A stretch of 64,000 nt of DNA from Candidatus Marinacidobacterium sp. (lineage in GTDB: Bacteria; Acidobacteriota; Vicinamibacteria; Marinacidobacterales; Marinacidobacteraceae). The stretch is taken from the NCBI GenBank assembly GCA_965220965.1, contig OZ244852.1, positions 1,376,001-1,440,000 on the forward strand, written 5' to 3'. Made by a program: the position numbers and the translations under genes. This document shows, one piece after another, positions 21,955 through 30,539 of this stretch. The first letter of the stretch is position 1. Each line of letters begins with the position of its first letter. The notes beneath the pieces are model-generated. The model was not told the DNA's origin. It searched no databases and saw nothing but the letters and a program-made list of their open reading frames with translations.

Positions 21955-23127
21955 ATGGCTTTCCATCTCCTTTCCCGGCGACGCGGGACCCGCGTCGTCC
22001 TTCCCGGAGCGGCCTCCGCTCTCCTCCTCGCCCTCGGCGTCCCGGCCTTCGCCGACCCGGACGCGCCCTCTCCCGACGAGGCCGAAGTCTCGTCGACCAC
22101 CGGCGCCGACGACGCCGATCAGCTCGCTCCCTACAACGCCGACGGCCACGCCCCGATCGGCGTCATGGCCGAGCACATGCACAACGCCGGCGAGTTCATG
22201 CTCTCGTACCGCTTCCAGCCGATGGCGATGAGCGGTCTGCAGGACGGCTCGGCCGAGCTCGCCGACGCCGAAGCGCTCGCAGTGGACAACCCCTTCTTCG
22301 GCAACCCCGGCCAGCCCCCCAAGATGCGCATCCTCCCGCGCGAGATGCCGATGAACATGCACATGTTCGGCGCGATGCTCGGGATCCACGACCGGGTCAC
22401 GCTCATGGGCATGGGCATGTTCATGTCCCGCGACATGACGCTCGAGACCCACAACATGATGGGCGCCCCGATCGGGACGTTCGAGCCCGGAAGCTCCGGG
22501 ATCGGGGACAGCAGCCTCAGCGCGATGATCGGCCTCTCCTCCGGCGAAGTCCGCGCCCACCTGATCGCGGGCGTCGGGATCCCCACCGGGTCGCTCGACA
22601 CGACCGGCGAGGTGCTGCTGCCGACCGGCATGCAGCGCGAACTCCGGCTGCCCTACGCGATGCAGCTCGGATCCGGCACGTTCGACGCCCAGCCCGGCAT
22701 CGTCGTCCAGACGAAGCGGGGCAACGTCAGCGTGGGAGGGCAGCTCCGGGGCAAGATCCGCTTCGGCGAGAACTCGGAGGGCTACCGCCTCGGCAACGAG
22801 GTCCTCGCCACCGCCTGGGCGATGGTCCAGCCGGTCCCGGCCGCAGCGCTCACCGCGCGTGTCCAGTTCGACCAGATGGGCGCCATCGAGGGACAGGACG
22901 GGATGATCGCCGGTCCGGTCCCCACCGCCGACCCGTCGAACTACGGCGGGACGCGGGTCACCGGGCTCATCGGCCTGAACCTCGCCGGCCAGAGCGGCGC
23001 GATCCGCGAGCACCGGCTGGCGTTCGAGCTCGGCATCCCGCTCTACCAGGACCTGAACGGCCCGCAGATGCCGCGAAGCTGGCAGTTCATCGCCGGCTGG
23101 CAGCGCGCCTGGTCGTTCGCCAACTGA
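21955..23127 (+). CDS. His/Met-rich outer-membrane beta-barrel transporter, copy 2
   Basis: Paralog of 20032-21381 with a shorter N-terminus; DGHAPIGVMAEHMH. Confidence 0.78.
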   Translation: MAFHLLSRRRGTRVVLPGAASALLLALGVPAFADPDAPSPDEAEVSSTTGADDADQLAPYNADGHAPIGVMAEHMHNAGEFMLSYRFQPMAMSGLQDGSAELADAEALAVDNPFFGNPGQPPKMRILPREMPMNMHMFGAMLGIHDRVTLMGMGMFMSRDMTLETHNMMGAPIGTFEPGSSGIGDSSLSAMIGLSSGEVRAHLIAGVGIPTGSLDTTGEVLLPTGMQRELRLPYAMQLGSGTFDAQPGIVVQTKRGNVSVGGQLRGKIRFGENSEGYRLGNEVLATAWAMVQPVPAAALTARVQFDQMGAIEGQDGMIAGPVPTADPSNYGGTRVTGLIGLNLAGQSGAIREHRLAFELGIPLYQDLNGPQMPRSWQFIAGWQRAWSFAN

Positions 23128-23166
23128 CGCTCCCGCGGAGGGCGCGCCGGCTCGACCGGCGCGCCC

Positions 23167-23937
23167 TCACGGCGCCTGGGAAGAAAGGCGCTCGGGGGAT
23201 TCCCTGCGGGCGTCCAGTTCCCGCTCGAGCGCCCGGGACGCGGTGCGTCCCACCCACCGGACCAGGAAGAACATCGCGACGGCGCTGACCAGCGTCAGGA
23301 CCGCGGCCATCGAGGCCTGGCCGGTGACCAGCGACGCGCTGGCGGAGCCGGCGGCGCCGACCTGGGCGAAGAACGACGCGCCGAGCGGGATCGCGAAGAG
23401 CGACCCGACGGCGTAGGTGCGGAAGCTCACCGGCGTGACCGCCCAGCCGTAGTTCTGGGCGGCGAACGGGATCAGCGGCGGCAGTCGGGTCAGGAGGACG
23501 ACGCGGACTCCGCCGGCGCCCAGCACCCGGAACACCGCCGCGGCCACCGGGAAGCGGGCGAGGACCCGCTCGACGAACCGCCGGAGGACGAGGCGCGCCA
23601 GCCAGAAGGCGGTCAGCGACCCCAGCCAGGTCCCGATCGAGGCGATCACGCTGCCCCAGACCGGCCCGAACAGCAGGCCGGCGGCGACGCAGAAGACCGT
23701 GTTCGGGACCGCGACGCCCACGAGGAGCGCGTGGACGACGATGAGCGGCGCCGGCGTCGTCGGGATCCACGCGGGGAGCTCGACCGGTTCGCCGACGCTG
23801 AGCCAGGCGATCAGCCCGGCGGTGCTCACGAGGAACAGGCCCCACAGCAGCGGCTGCCAGCCCCGGCGGAGGAGCTTCTTCCACCAGGGCCCGCCGCCCG
23901 CGGCGCGCGCCGGGCCGGCCGGGGGTCGGGTCGCCAA
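23167..23937 (-). CDS. TVP38/TMEM64 (VTT/DedA superfamily) membrane protein
   Basis: AGLLFGPVWG; LLTRLPPLIPFAAQNYGW motif. TTG start just after the mmsA stop is inferred. Confidence 0.8.
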   Translation of the reverse strand: MATRPPAGPARAAGGGPWWKKLLRRGWQPLLWGLFLVSTAGLIAWLSVGEPVELPAWIPTTPAPLIVVHALLVGVAVPNTVFCVAAGLLFGPVWGSVIASIGTWLGSLTAFWLARLVLRRFVERVLARFPVAAAVFRVLGAGGVRVVLLTRLPPLIPFAAQNYGWAVTPVSFRTYAVGSLFAIPLGASFFAQVGAAGSASASLVTGQASMAAVLTLVSAVAMFFLVRWVGRTASRALERELDARRESPERLSSQAP

Positions 23938-23945
23938 CCCCGGAC

Positions 23946-25427
23946 TCAGAACCGCCGCGAGGCGTCGCGGGGCCAGCGCTCCACGACGACCTTCGTCTGC
24001 GTGTAGAACTCGACGGCGTGCGGCCCCTGGGCGTGGAGGTCGCCGAAGAAGCTCCCCCGCCAGCCGCTGAACGGGAAGAACGCCATCGGCGCCGCGACGC
24101 CGACGTTGATCCCGATGTTCCCGGTGAGGGCGTCCCGGCGGAAGCGGCGCGCGGTCGGGCCGTCGTTCGTGAAGACGCACGCCATGTTGCCGTAGTCGCC
24201 GCCGTTCACGAAGCGCAGCGCATCGTCCACGCTCTCCACCCGGATCAGCCCGAGCACCGGCCCGAAGATCTCGGTGCGGGCGATCTCGCCGGCGGCGGGC
24301 AACCGGTCCAGAACGGTGGGACCGACGAAGAACCCGTCCTCGCGCCCCTCGACCGACAGACCGCGCCCGTCGGTGACGGCGCGCGCCTCTTCCTGCTCGA
24401 TCGCCTGGGTGATCAGCCCCTCGATGCGCTGTCGGCTCTCGTCGCGGATCACCGGCCCCATATCGACACCGTCGTCGAGCCCCGAGCCGACCACCCGGCT
24501 CTCCGCCTGCGCCGCCATCGCGTCGGCGAACGCATCCCCCGCGCTCCCCACGGTGACCGCCAGCGAAGCCGCGAGACACCGCTGCCCGGCGCACCCGAAG
24601 GCACTCTCGGCCACGTTGCTCGCCGCCGCCTCCATGTCGGCGTCCGGGAGGACCACGACCGGGTTCTTCGCGCCGCCCTGGCACTGGACGCGCTTGCCGC
24701 TCGCAGCCGCCCGGGCGTAGACCGCGCGCGCGACCGGCGAGGATCCCACGAAGCTCACCGCGGCCACATCCGGGTGGTCCAGCAGCGATTCGACGGCCTC
24801 CTGTCCCCCGTGGACCACCTGGACGACTCCCTCGGGAAACCCGGCCTCCTCGAGCAGGGCGATCACCCGGTGAACGGTGATCGGGGTCTTGTCGGACGGC
24901 TTGATGACGACCGCGTTCCCGCAGGCGAGCGCATAGGGCAGGAACCAGAACGGGATCATCGCGGGGAAGTTGAACGGCGCGATGATCGCCACGACGCCCA
25001 CCGGCTGGCGGATCATGAACTCGTCGATGCCCCGGGCGATGTCCTCGAGCACGCGTCCCTGCATCAGCGAGGGGATCCCGCAGGCGACTTCCACGTTCTC
25101 GATGGCGCGCCGCACCTCGCCCCGCGCCTCGGCGAGCGTCTTCCCCGCCTCGAGGGTCACGTTGCGCGAGATCTCCTCGAAGTCCCGCTCCATCAGGGCC
25201 TTGAGGCGGAAGAGCGGCTGGATCCGGTCGGTTGGCGGGACCTCGCGCCACTCCCGGAGGGCCGTCGAGGCGCTGGCGACCGCCCGACCCACCTCTTCCG
25301 CGCCCGAGAGCGGGATCCGGGAGAGCGCGCTCCCGGTGGCGGGGTCGAAGATCGTCGCGGTGGCGGCGGTGGGAGCGGGGACGAACCGGCCGCCGATGTA
25401 GTTGGGGAGCGTCGATGGAAGGCTCAT
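23946..25427 (-). CDS. mmsA: CoA-acylating methylmalonate-semialdehyde dehydrogenase
   Basis: [40 protein letters not shown] and FFGDLHAQG motifs. Confidence 0.9.
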   Translation of the reverse strand: MSLPSTLPNYIGGRFVPAPTAATATIFDPATGSALSRIPLSGAEEVGRAVASASTALREWREVPPTDRIQPLFRLKALMERDFEEISRNVTLEAGKTLAEARGEVRRAIENVEVACGIPSLMQGRVLEDIARGIDEFMIRQPVGVVAIIAPFNFPAMIPFWFLPYALACGNAVVIKPSDKTPITVHRVIALLEEAGFPEGVVQVVHGGQEAVESLLDHPDVAAVSFVGSSPVARAVYARAAASGKRVQCQGGAKNPVVVLPDADMEAAASNVAESAFGCAGQRCLAASLAVTVGSAGDAFADAMAAQAESRVVGSGLDDGVDMGPVIRDESRQRIEGLITQAIEQEEARAVTDGRGLSVEGREDGFFVGPTVLDRLPAAGEIARTEIFGPVLGLIRVESVDDALRFVNGGDYGNMACVFTNDGPTARRFRRDALTGNIGINVGVAAPMAFFPFSGWRGSFFGDLHAQGPHAVEFYTQTKVVVERWPRDASRRF

Positions 25428-25454
25428 GAGGCGGGCCGTAGGATACGCGGCGCG

Positions 25455-27773
25455 ATGCCCTGTCACGGCCCGAACCGCTCCGCCGCCGCTACGGCGCTTC
25501 TTCTGTTCTCCCTGCTGCCGGGAGTCGGCTTCGCCGCCGCCCGCGAGGGCGCGGTCCAGACGCTGGCCGGCGACGAGGGGCCGGTGGTGGACGGCCTCGT
25601 CACCGATGAGCAGTGGTCCCGGGTCGAACCCTTCACCGGGTTCATCCAGCAGGAGCCCGACAACGGCCAGCCCGCCTCCGAGCGGACCGAAGTTCGGCTG
25701 CTGCTCTCCAGCACCACGCTCTACGTCGGGGTCATCGCCTTCGACAGCGACCCGTCGCAGGTCCTCGTCTCGGAGAGCCGCCGCGACGGCGACCTGAACG
25801 AGTCTGACTCGGTCCAGCTCGTCTTCGACACCTTCAACGACTCGCAGAACGCCTTCCTCTTCGGGACGAACCCGGAGGGGATCGAGTACGACGGGCAGGT
25901 GGCCGGCGAGGGGGCGACCGGCGGTTACAACCCCCGTCCCGGATCGCGGGGCTCGCAGCGCGGCGGGGTCACCGGCTTCAACGCGAACTGGGACGGCGAC
26001 TGGACGGTCCGGTCGGCGCGGACCGACCGGGGCTGGGAGACCGAGTTCGCGATTCCGCTCCGCACGCTGCGCTACGCGCCGGGCGAGAACCGCACCTGGG
26101 GCCTCAACGTGATGCGGAACATCCGCCGCAAGAACGAGCAGTCCTTCCTCGCCCCGATCCCGCGCGGCTACAACATCTACCGGGTCTCGCTGGCCCGCAA
26201 GATCTCCGGGCTGAACCTGCCCGGCCGGCGCGACGTGAAGGTCACGCCCTTCGCGCTCGGCGACGTGAGCCGCAACCCGCTGGCGGTGGCGGAGGCTTCC
26301 CGCTCCACCCAGGGGCTCGACGGCGGCCTCGACGTGAAGTGGGGCGTGACCCCGAACCTGACAGTGGACTTCACGGCGAACACCGACTTCGCCCAGGTGG
26401 AGGCGGACGACCAGCAGATCAACCTGACCCGGTTCCCGCTGTTCTTCCCGGAGAAGCGGCCCTTCTTCCTCGAAAACGCCGCCACCTTCCAGTTCGGGGC
26501 CCCCCAGGAGGTGGACCTCTTCTTCAGTCGCCGGATCGGCCTCCACGCCGGACGCCCGGTCGGCATCCTGGGCGGCGCCCGGCTCTCGGGCAAGGTGAAC
26601 GCCTTCAACATCGGCGTCATGAACATGCAGACCGAGGCGGCCTTCGATCCCGCCACCGGGGCGCTCTCGCTGGCGGCGAACAACTACACGGTGGCCCGGG
26701 TCCAGCGGGAGGTGGGCCGGTCCAACTTCGGCGGCATGTTCGTGAACCGGCAAGGGACCGGCGAGTGGGCGGTCGAGGGCGATCACAACCGCTCTTTCGG
26801 CGCCGACACCGCGATCCAGTTGAACGACAACGCGCGCTTCTTCGCGTTCCTGGCGCGAACGCAGACCGGCGGCGTCGAAGCCGACGGCGCGGGCGGCGCC
26901 ACCGCCGGCCGGGCCTTCCTGAACTACGCCGATCAGCTCCACCAGGGGCACATCGGGTTCACCCAGGTCGGAGAGGACTTCAACCCCGAGGTCGGGTTCG
27001 CCCCGCGAGTGGGCTACCGGAAGTACCAGTGGCGCTACTACCTCGACTGGCAGCCGACCCAGGTTCCCTGGATGGCGGGATGGGTCCGCCGCTTCTCGCC
27101 CCACATCACCTGGAACCGCTACTACGGTTTCGACGGCGAGGTCCAGTCGGGCCGGGCGCACATCCACCCCATCGAGTTCCAGCCGAACTCGGGCGGCCGC
27201 TTCGGCCTCTTCGTCGATGTCGAGACCGACGCCCCGCTCGCCGACTTCACGGTGTTCTCCGGCGCCGACGGCGAGACGGTGGTCATCCCGCCGGGAACCT
27301 ACGACTGGACGCTGGTGTCGGTGAACTACCTCGGGAACGCCAGCGCCCGCCTCTTCCCCACCTTCTACTGCCGCGCCGGCGGCTTCTACAACGGAACCCG
27401 CCGCGGCTGCGACTTCAGCCTGAACGGCCGGGTCGGCGCCCGCTTCCAGGCCAGCGTGGGGTTCAACCGCAACAGCGTGGAACTCCCCGGCGGCGACTTC
27501 GTGACCGACCTGGTTCCGATCCGGGTGAACTACTCGTTCACGCCGCTCCGCCGGCTGGAAGCGCTCATCCAGTACAACTCGCAGACTTCCTCGATCTCGT
27601 CGAATGTCCGTCTCGTGCTGCTCGACCGCAGCGGGACCGGGCTGTTCCTGGTCTACAACGACCTGCGGAACACGGCGAACTTCGACCGCTTCGACCAGGC
27701 CACCGGGATGCTCACGCCCACGGTGATGGGCCGCTCGTTCATCGTCAAGTACACCCGCCTCTTCGACTTCTGA
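25455..27773 (+). CDS. Secreted CBM9-like / DUF5916 domain outer-membrane protein
   Basis: Signal peptide; [15 protein letters not shown]; [10 protein letters not shown]; [14 protein letters not shown]; FFSRRIG; C-terminal Phe. Confidence 0.8.
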   Translation: MPCHGPNRSAAATALLLFSLLPGVGFAAAREGAVQTLAGDEGPVVDGLVTDEQWSRVEPFTGFIQQEPDNGQPASERTEVRLLLSSTTLYVGVIAFDSDPSQVLVSESRRDGDLNESDSVQLVFDTFNDSQNAFLFGTNPEGIEYDGQVAGEGATGGYNPRPGSRGSQRGGVTGFNANWDGDWTVRSARTDRGWETEFAIPLRTLRYAPGENRTWGLNVMRNIRRKNEQSFLAPIPRGYNIYRVSLARKISGLNLPGRRDVKVTPFALGDVSRNPLAVAEASRSTQGLDGGLDVKWGVTPNLTVDFTANTDFAQVEADDQQINLTRFPLFFPEKRPFFLENAATFQFGAPQEVDLFFSRRIGLHAGRPVGILGGARLSGKVNAFNIGVMNMQTEAAFDPATGALSLAANNYTVARVQREVGRSNFGGMFVNRQGTGEWAVEGDHNRSFGADTAIQLNDNARFFAFLARTQTGGVEADGAGGATAGRAFLNYADQLHQGHIGFTQVGEDFNPEVGFAPRVGYRKYQWRYYLDWQPTQVPWMAGWVRRFSPHITWNRYYGFDGEVQSGRAHIHPIEFQPNSGGRFGLFVDVETDAPLADFTVFSGADGETVVIPPGTYDWTLVSVNYLGNASARLFPTFYCRAGGFYNGTRRGCDFSLNGRVGARFQASVGFNRNSVELPGGDFVTDLVPIRVNYSFTPLRRLEALIQYNSQTSSISSNVRLVLLDRSGTGLFLVYNDLRNTANFDRFDQATGMLTPTVMGRSFIVKYTRLFDF

Positions 27774-27829
27774 GCCGAAGCGGGATCAGGCGGCCGACGG
27801 GGGAGAGCCCCGCCGCCGGCCAGGCGGGC

Positions 27830-28060
27830 TTACGCGGTCGCGGCGACCGGGAGGCGCTCGAGGATTTCCTGGATCTCGGGGAAGCGACCGGTCTCGTGCT
27901 TGGACCAGATCAGCTCGCCGTCCACCCGGACGTCGAAGACGCCCTTGTCACCCTCGATCAGCTCGGCTTCCACGCCGCGATCCTCACGAATGGCGGCCGC
28001 CAGACCGGCGGCCTTCGGGAGGTAGTTTCAAACCACGCAGTAGTTGATCGTGATGTGCAT
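27830..28060 (-). CDS. SelW/Rdx-family selenoprotein (CxxU), missed by ORF track
   Basis: MHITINYCVV-UGA(28028-28030)-NYLPKAAGLAAAIREDRGVEAELIEGDKGVFDVRVDGELIWSKHETGRFPE...; the Rdx family pattern continues past the UGA; SECIS hairpin downstream. Confidence 0.9.
27995..28013 (-). promoter_or_regulatory. Bacterial SECIS-like hairpin
   Basis: GGCCGCC-GGTCT-GGCGGCC starting 14 nt after the in-frame UGA. Confidence 0.75.
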
Positions 28061-28123
28061 CGCGTCCCTCGAGTGTCACGGGGCCCCGCGCCACCGGGCG
28101 CGGAACCGGAAACACTGCGGAGC

Positions 28124-28201
28124 TGGCGGGGCCGACGGGACTCGAACCCGCGACCTCCGGCGTGACAGGCCGGCGTTCTGGACCAACTGAACTACGACCC
28201 C
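28124..28201 (-). tRNA. tRNA-Asp (GTC)
   Basis: GGGGTCGTAGTTCAGTTGGTCCAGAACGCCGGCCTGTCACGCCGGAGGTCGCGGGTTCGAGTCCCGTCGGCCCCGCCA; cloverleaf, GTC anticodon, encoded CCA. Confidence 0.96.
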
Positions 28202-28374
28202 AGAGTGTCCGCAGTTGATCGAATTCTAGCAGTGTGGGGAGCGCCGGATACAGGCGCCACCGCGCGCTGGCGGGACTTCACGCGAGCTTCCTGCCGCCCC
28301 GAGGACCCCTGCCCGACCGGACATCGCGTTCGCGCGGCGCCCTCGATTCCTGATACGATTACGGGTCGCGCGCC

Positions 28375-28653
28375 ATGCGTCTGACGAAGAGCCAGATCCA
28401 GTTTCTGGGGTACCGGATCACCGACGATCTTCACGTCTCCGGCCTCATCGACCCGGAGGATCCGAACGATCTGATGGACCGGATCGTCGAGCTCATCACC
28501 GAGGAACTCCGCAAGGAGGACGAGCTGAACGAGGAGGTGCGCAAGCTCCTCGACGGCTACAGCGAGCAGATCCGCCAAGGCGGCATCGAGTACCGCGAGA
28601 TGTTCAAGCTCGTCAAGAAGAAGATCGCGCGGGAGCGCAACCTCGTCCTTTAG
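28375..28653 (+). CDS. DUF507 family protein
   Basis: MRL start; EDELNEEVRKLL...IEYREMFKLVKKKIARERNLVL pattern. Confidence 0.8.
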   Translation: MRLTKSQIQFLGYRITDDLHVSGLIDPEDPNDLMDRIVELITEELRKEDELNEEVRKLLDGYSEQIRQGGIEYREMFKLVKKKIARERNLVL

Positions 28654-28665
28654 GGATCGGGCCCC

Positions 28666-28968
28666 ATGCGACTCACGAACGCCAAGATCAACGACCTCGC
28701 GACGCGCGTCCTGAAGATGCTCCAGGTGGACGACAGCGTCGAGTTCTTCGCCGAGGATGTGGACATCCGGCGCAAGATCGTCCGGATCATCCACTCCGAA
28801 CTCGAGGACGACGAGCGGATCGACCAGGTGGTGCGCCGCAAGATCGACTCCCAGAGCCGGACCGTCCAGCAGGGCACCGAGGCCTGGGATCTGCTCTACC
28901 GCCGCTACTACGACGAGGAGATGCTGAAGCACCGCCGGGCGGTCCCCGGCCAGGAGCGGCAGGACTAA
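28666..28968 (+). CDS. DUF507 family protein (second type)
   Basis: IDQVVRRKIDSQSRTVQQGTEAWDLLYRRYYDEEM pattern; paired with the previous gene. Confidence 0.8.
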   Translation: MRLTNAKINDLATRVLKMLQVDDSVEFFAEDVDIRRKIVRIIHSELEDDERIDQVVRRKIDSQSRTVQQGTEAWDLLYRRYYDEEMLKHRRAVPGQERQD

Positions 28969-29148
28969 CAGCCCGTTGACAAAGTCCCGCGGCGTTCGAG
29001 CGGCGATGCATCCCGCCCGAATCACGCCCCTTCGGGGCGCTCATCGTTGCGTTTCGCTCGCAATATTCCCGATATTCCTTGCTCACGCGCCTTGTCGGCC
29101 GGGCGCCTCACCGCTCTCGGCGCTGCACGCGACTTTATCAACGGACTG
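28969..29148. mobile_element. 180-bp MITE-like element with 18-bp imperfect TIRs and CTAA target-site duplication
   Basis: Left CAGCCCGTTGACAAAGTC and right GACTTTATCAACGGACTG (16/18 complementary); CTAA at 28965-28968 and 29149-29152; no transposase. Confidence 0.75.
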
Positions 29149-29227
29149 CTAACGCACAGCGGGGCCCCACGGTCCCGGTTGCTGACTCCCGGGGTGCACC
29201 GCCCCGCTTCGGCGGGTGGGCCGGGCG

Positions 29228-30484
29228 TCAGGTCACCTCGGCGCGCCGGGCGCGCCGCGCCTCCTTGTGCTCGCCGCTGCGCAGCACCCCGGCGAGCGCT
29301 TCCACCGCGGTCTCCAGATCCACGAAGCGCACGTACATCGGCGCGAACCCGAAGCGCAGCAGGTCGGGCTCGCGGAAGTCCCCGACCACCCCCCGGGCGA
29401 TGAGCGCCTGCATGACGGCGTAGGCGTCGGGACACCGCAGCGAGACCTGGTTGCCCCGGTCCGCCGCCTCCCGGGGGCTCACCACCTCGACGCCGAAGTC
29501 CCCGAGCCGCTCCTCCACGAGCTGCGCGAAGCGGTCGCCGAGCGCCGCCCCCTTCCGGCCGAGCGCGGCGAGGTCCACCCCCTCGAACGCCCGGAGCGCC
29601 TCCTCGAGCGCCAGCATCGAGAGAACCGGCGGCGTCCCGGTCACGAACCGGCGCATCCCGGCGGCGGGCTGATACCCGGTCTCGAACCGGAACGGCGCCG
29701 CGTGCCCCATCCACCCGGCGAGCGCCGGGACCAGATCCTCCTGCCGCTCCCGGGCGACATAGAGGAAAGCCGGGGCCCCCGGCCCGCCGTTCAGGTACTT
29801 GTAGCCGCACCCGACCGCGAACTCGACGCCGTCGTCGTGGAGCCGAAGCCCGAACGCTCCGGCGCTGTGGCTCAGGTCCCACACGACCGGAACGCCGGCG
29901 CCGGTGGCGGCGCGGGTCACGGCTCGCATGTCCCGCTTCCGTCCGGTCCGGAAGTCCACCTGGGTCAGGGTGGCGACCGCGACCTCCGGCCCGAGCGCCG
30001 CAACGAACTCGTCCGCCTCCACCAGCCGCAACTCCGGCCCGCCGGCGGGCGCGAAGTCCCGGAGCAGGTCCACGAGCCCCTCGGCCATGTAGAGATCCGT
30101 CGGGAAGTTGGAGCGTTCGGCGAGGACGACGCGTCTCCCGTCGCCCCGCCGGAGCAGCGCCGCCAGCAGCTTGAACAGGTTGAGCGACACCGAGTCCGCC
30201 GCCACGACTTCGTCGGCCTCGACCCCCAGAAGCGGCGCGATCCGCGCCCCGACGCGCTCGGGGAGCCGGAACCACCCGTGCCGGTTCCACGACCCGATGA
30301 GGTCGGTCCCCCACTCGGTCCGCACCGCCCGCCCGATCCGATCCGCCATCGAAGCCGAAACCGCCCCCAGCGAGTTGCCGTCGAGGTAGGTGATCCCCTC
30401 CGGCAGCGCGAACCGCTCCCGCATCGACGCCAGCGGATCCACCCGGTCGAGTTCCGCCAACGCTTCCCGGGTCAGCGCGCCCAC
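29228..30484 (-). CDS. kynU: Kynureninase
   Basis: YLDGNSLG, FPTDLY, WDLSHSAGA, GCGYKYLNGGPGAP and GDFREPD motifs; TATAAT 7 nt before the GTG. Confidence 0.93.
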   Translation of the reverse strand: MGALTREALAELDRVDPLASMRERFALPEGITYLDGNSLGAVSASMADRIGRAVRTEWGTDLIGSWNRHGWFRLPERVGARIAPLLGVEADEVVAADSVSLNLFKLLAALLRRGDGRRVVLAERSNFPTDLYMAEGLVDLLRDFAPAGGPELRLVEADEFVAALGPEVAVATLTQVDFRTGRKRDMRAVTRAATGAGVPVVWDLSHSAGAFGLRLHDDGVEFAVGCGYKYLNGGPGAPAFLYVARERQEDLVPALAGWMGHAAPFRFETGYQPAAGMRRFVTGTPPVLSMLALEEALRAFEGVDLAALGRKGAALGDRFAQLVEERLGDFGVEVVSPREAADRGNQVSLRCPDAYAVMQALIARGVVGDFREPDLLRFGFAPMYVRFVDLETAVEALAGVLRSGEHKEARRARRAEVT

Positions 30485-30539
30485 GCCGCCGATTATAGGA
30501 AGCCGCCCGCCCGGCGCCGACATACGCTCTTCGCCCCGC

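Larger units (their letters stand above)
19566..23133 (+). repeat. Tandem duplication (~19566-21385 and ~21486-23133) of a leader peptide + structured UTR + outer-membrane protein cassette
   Basis: Long near-identical DNA blocks in both units, starting at GCGTA(T/G)GA(C/T)GTAGCGCAG and ending at CCAACTGACGCTCC. Confidence 0.92.

Noticed and set aside
28124-28201. tRNA-Asp as an integration site for an island
   Set aside because: No integrase and no duplicated tRNA 3' end seen in the window.
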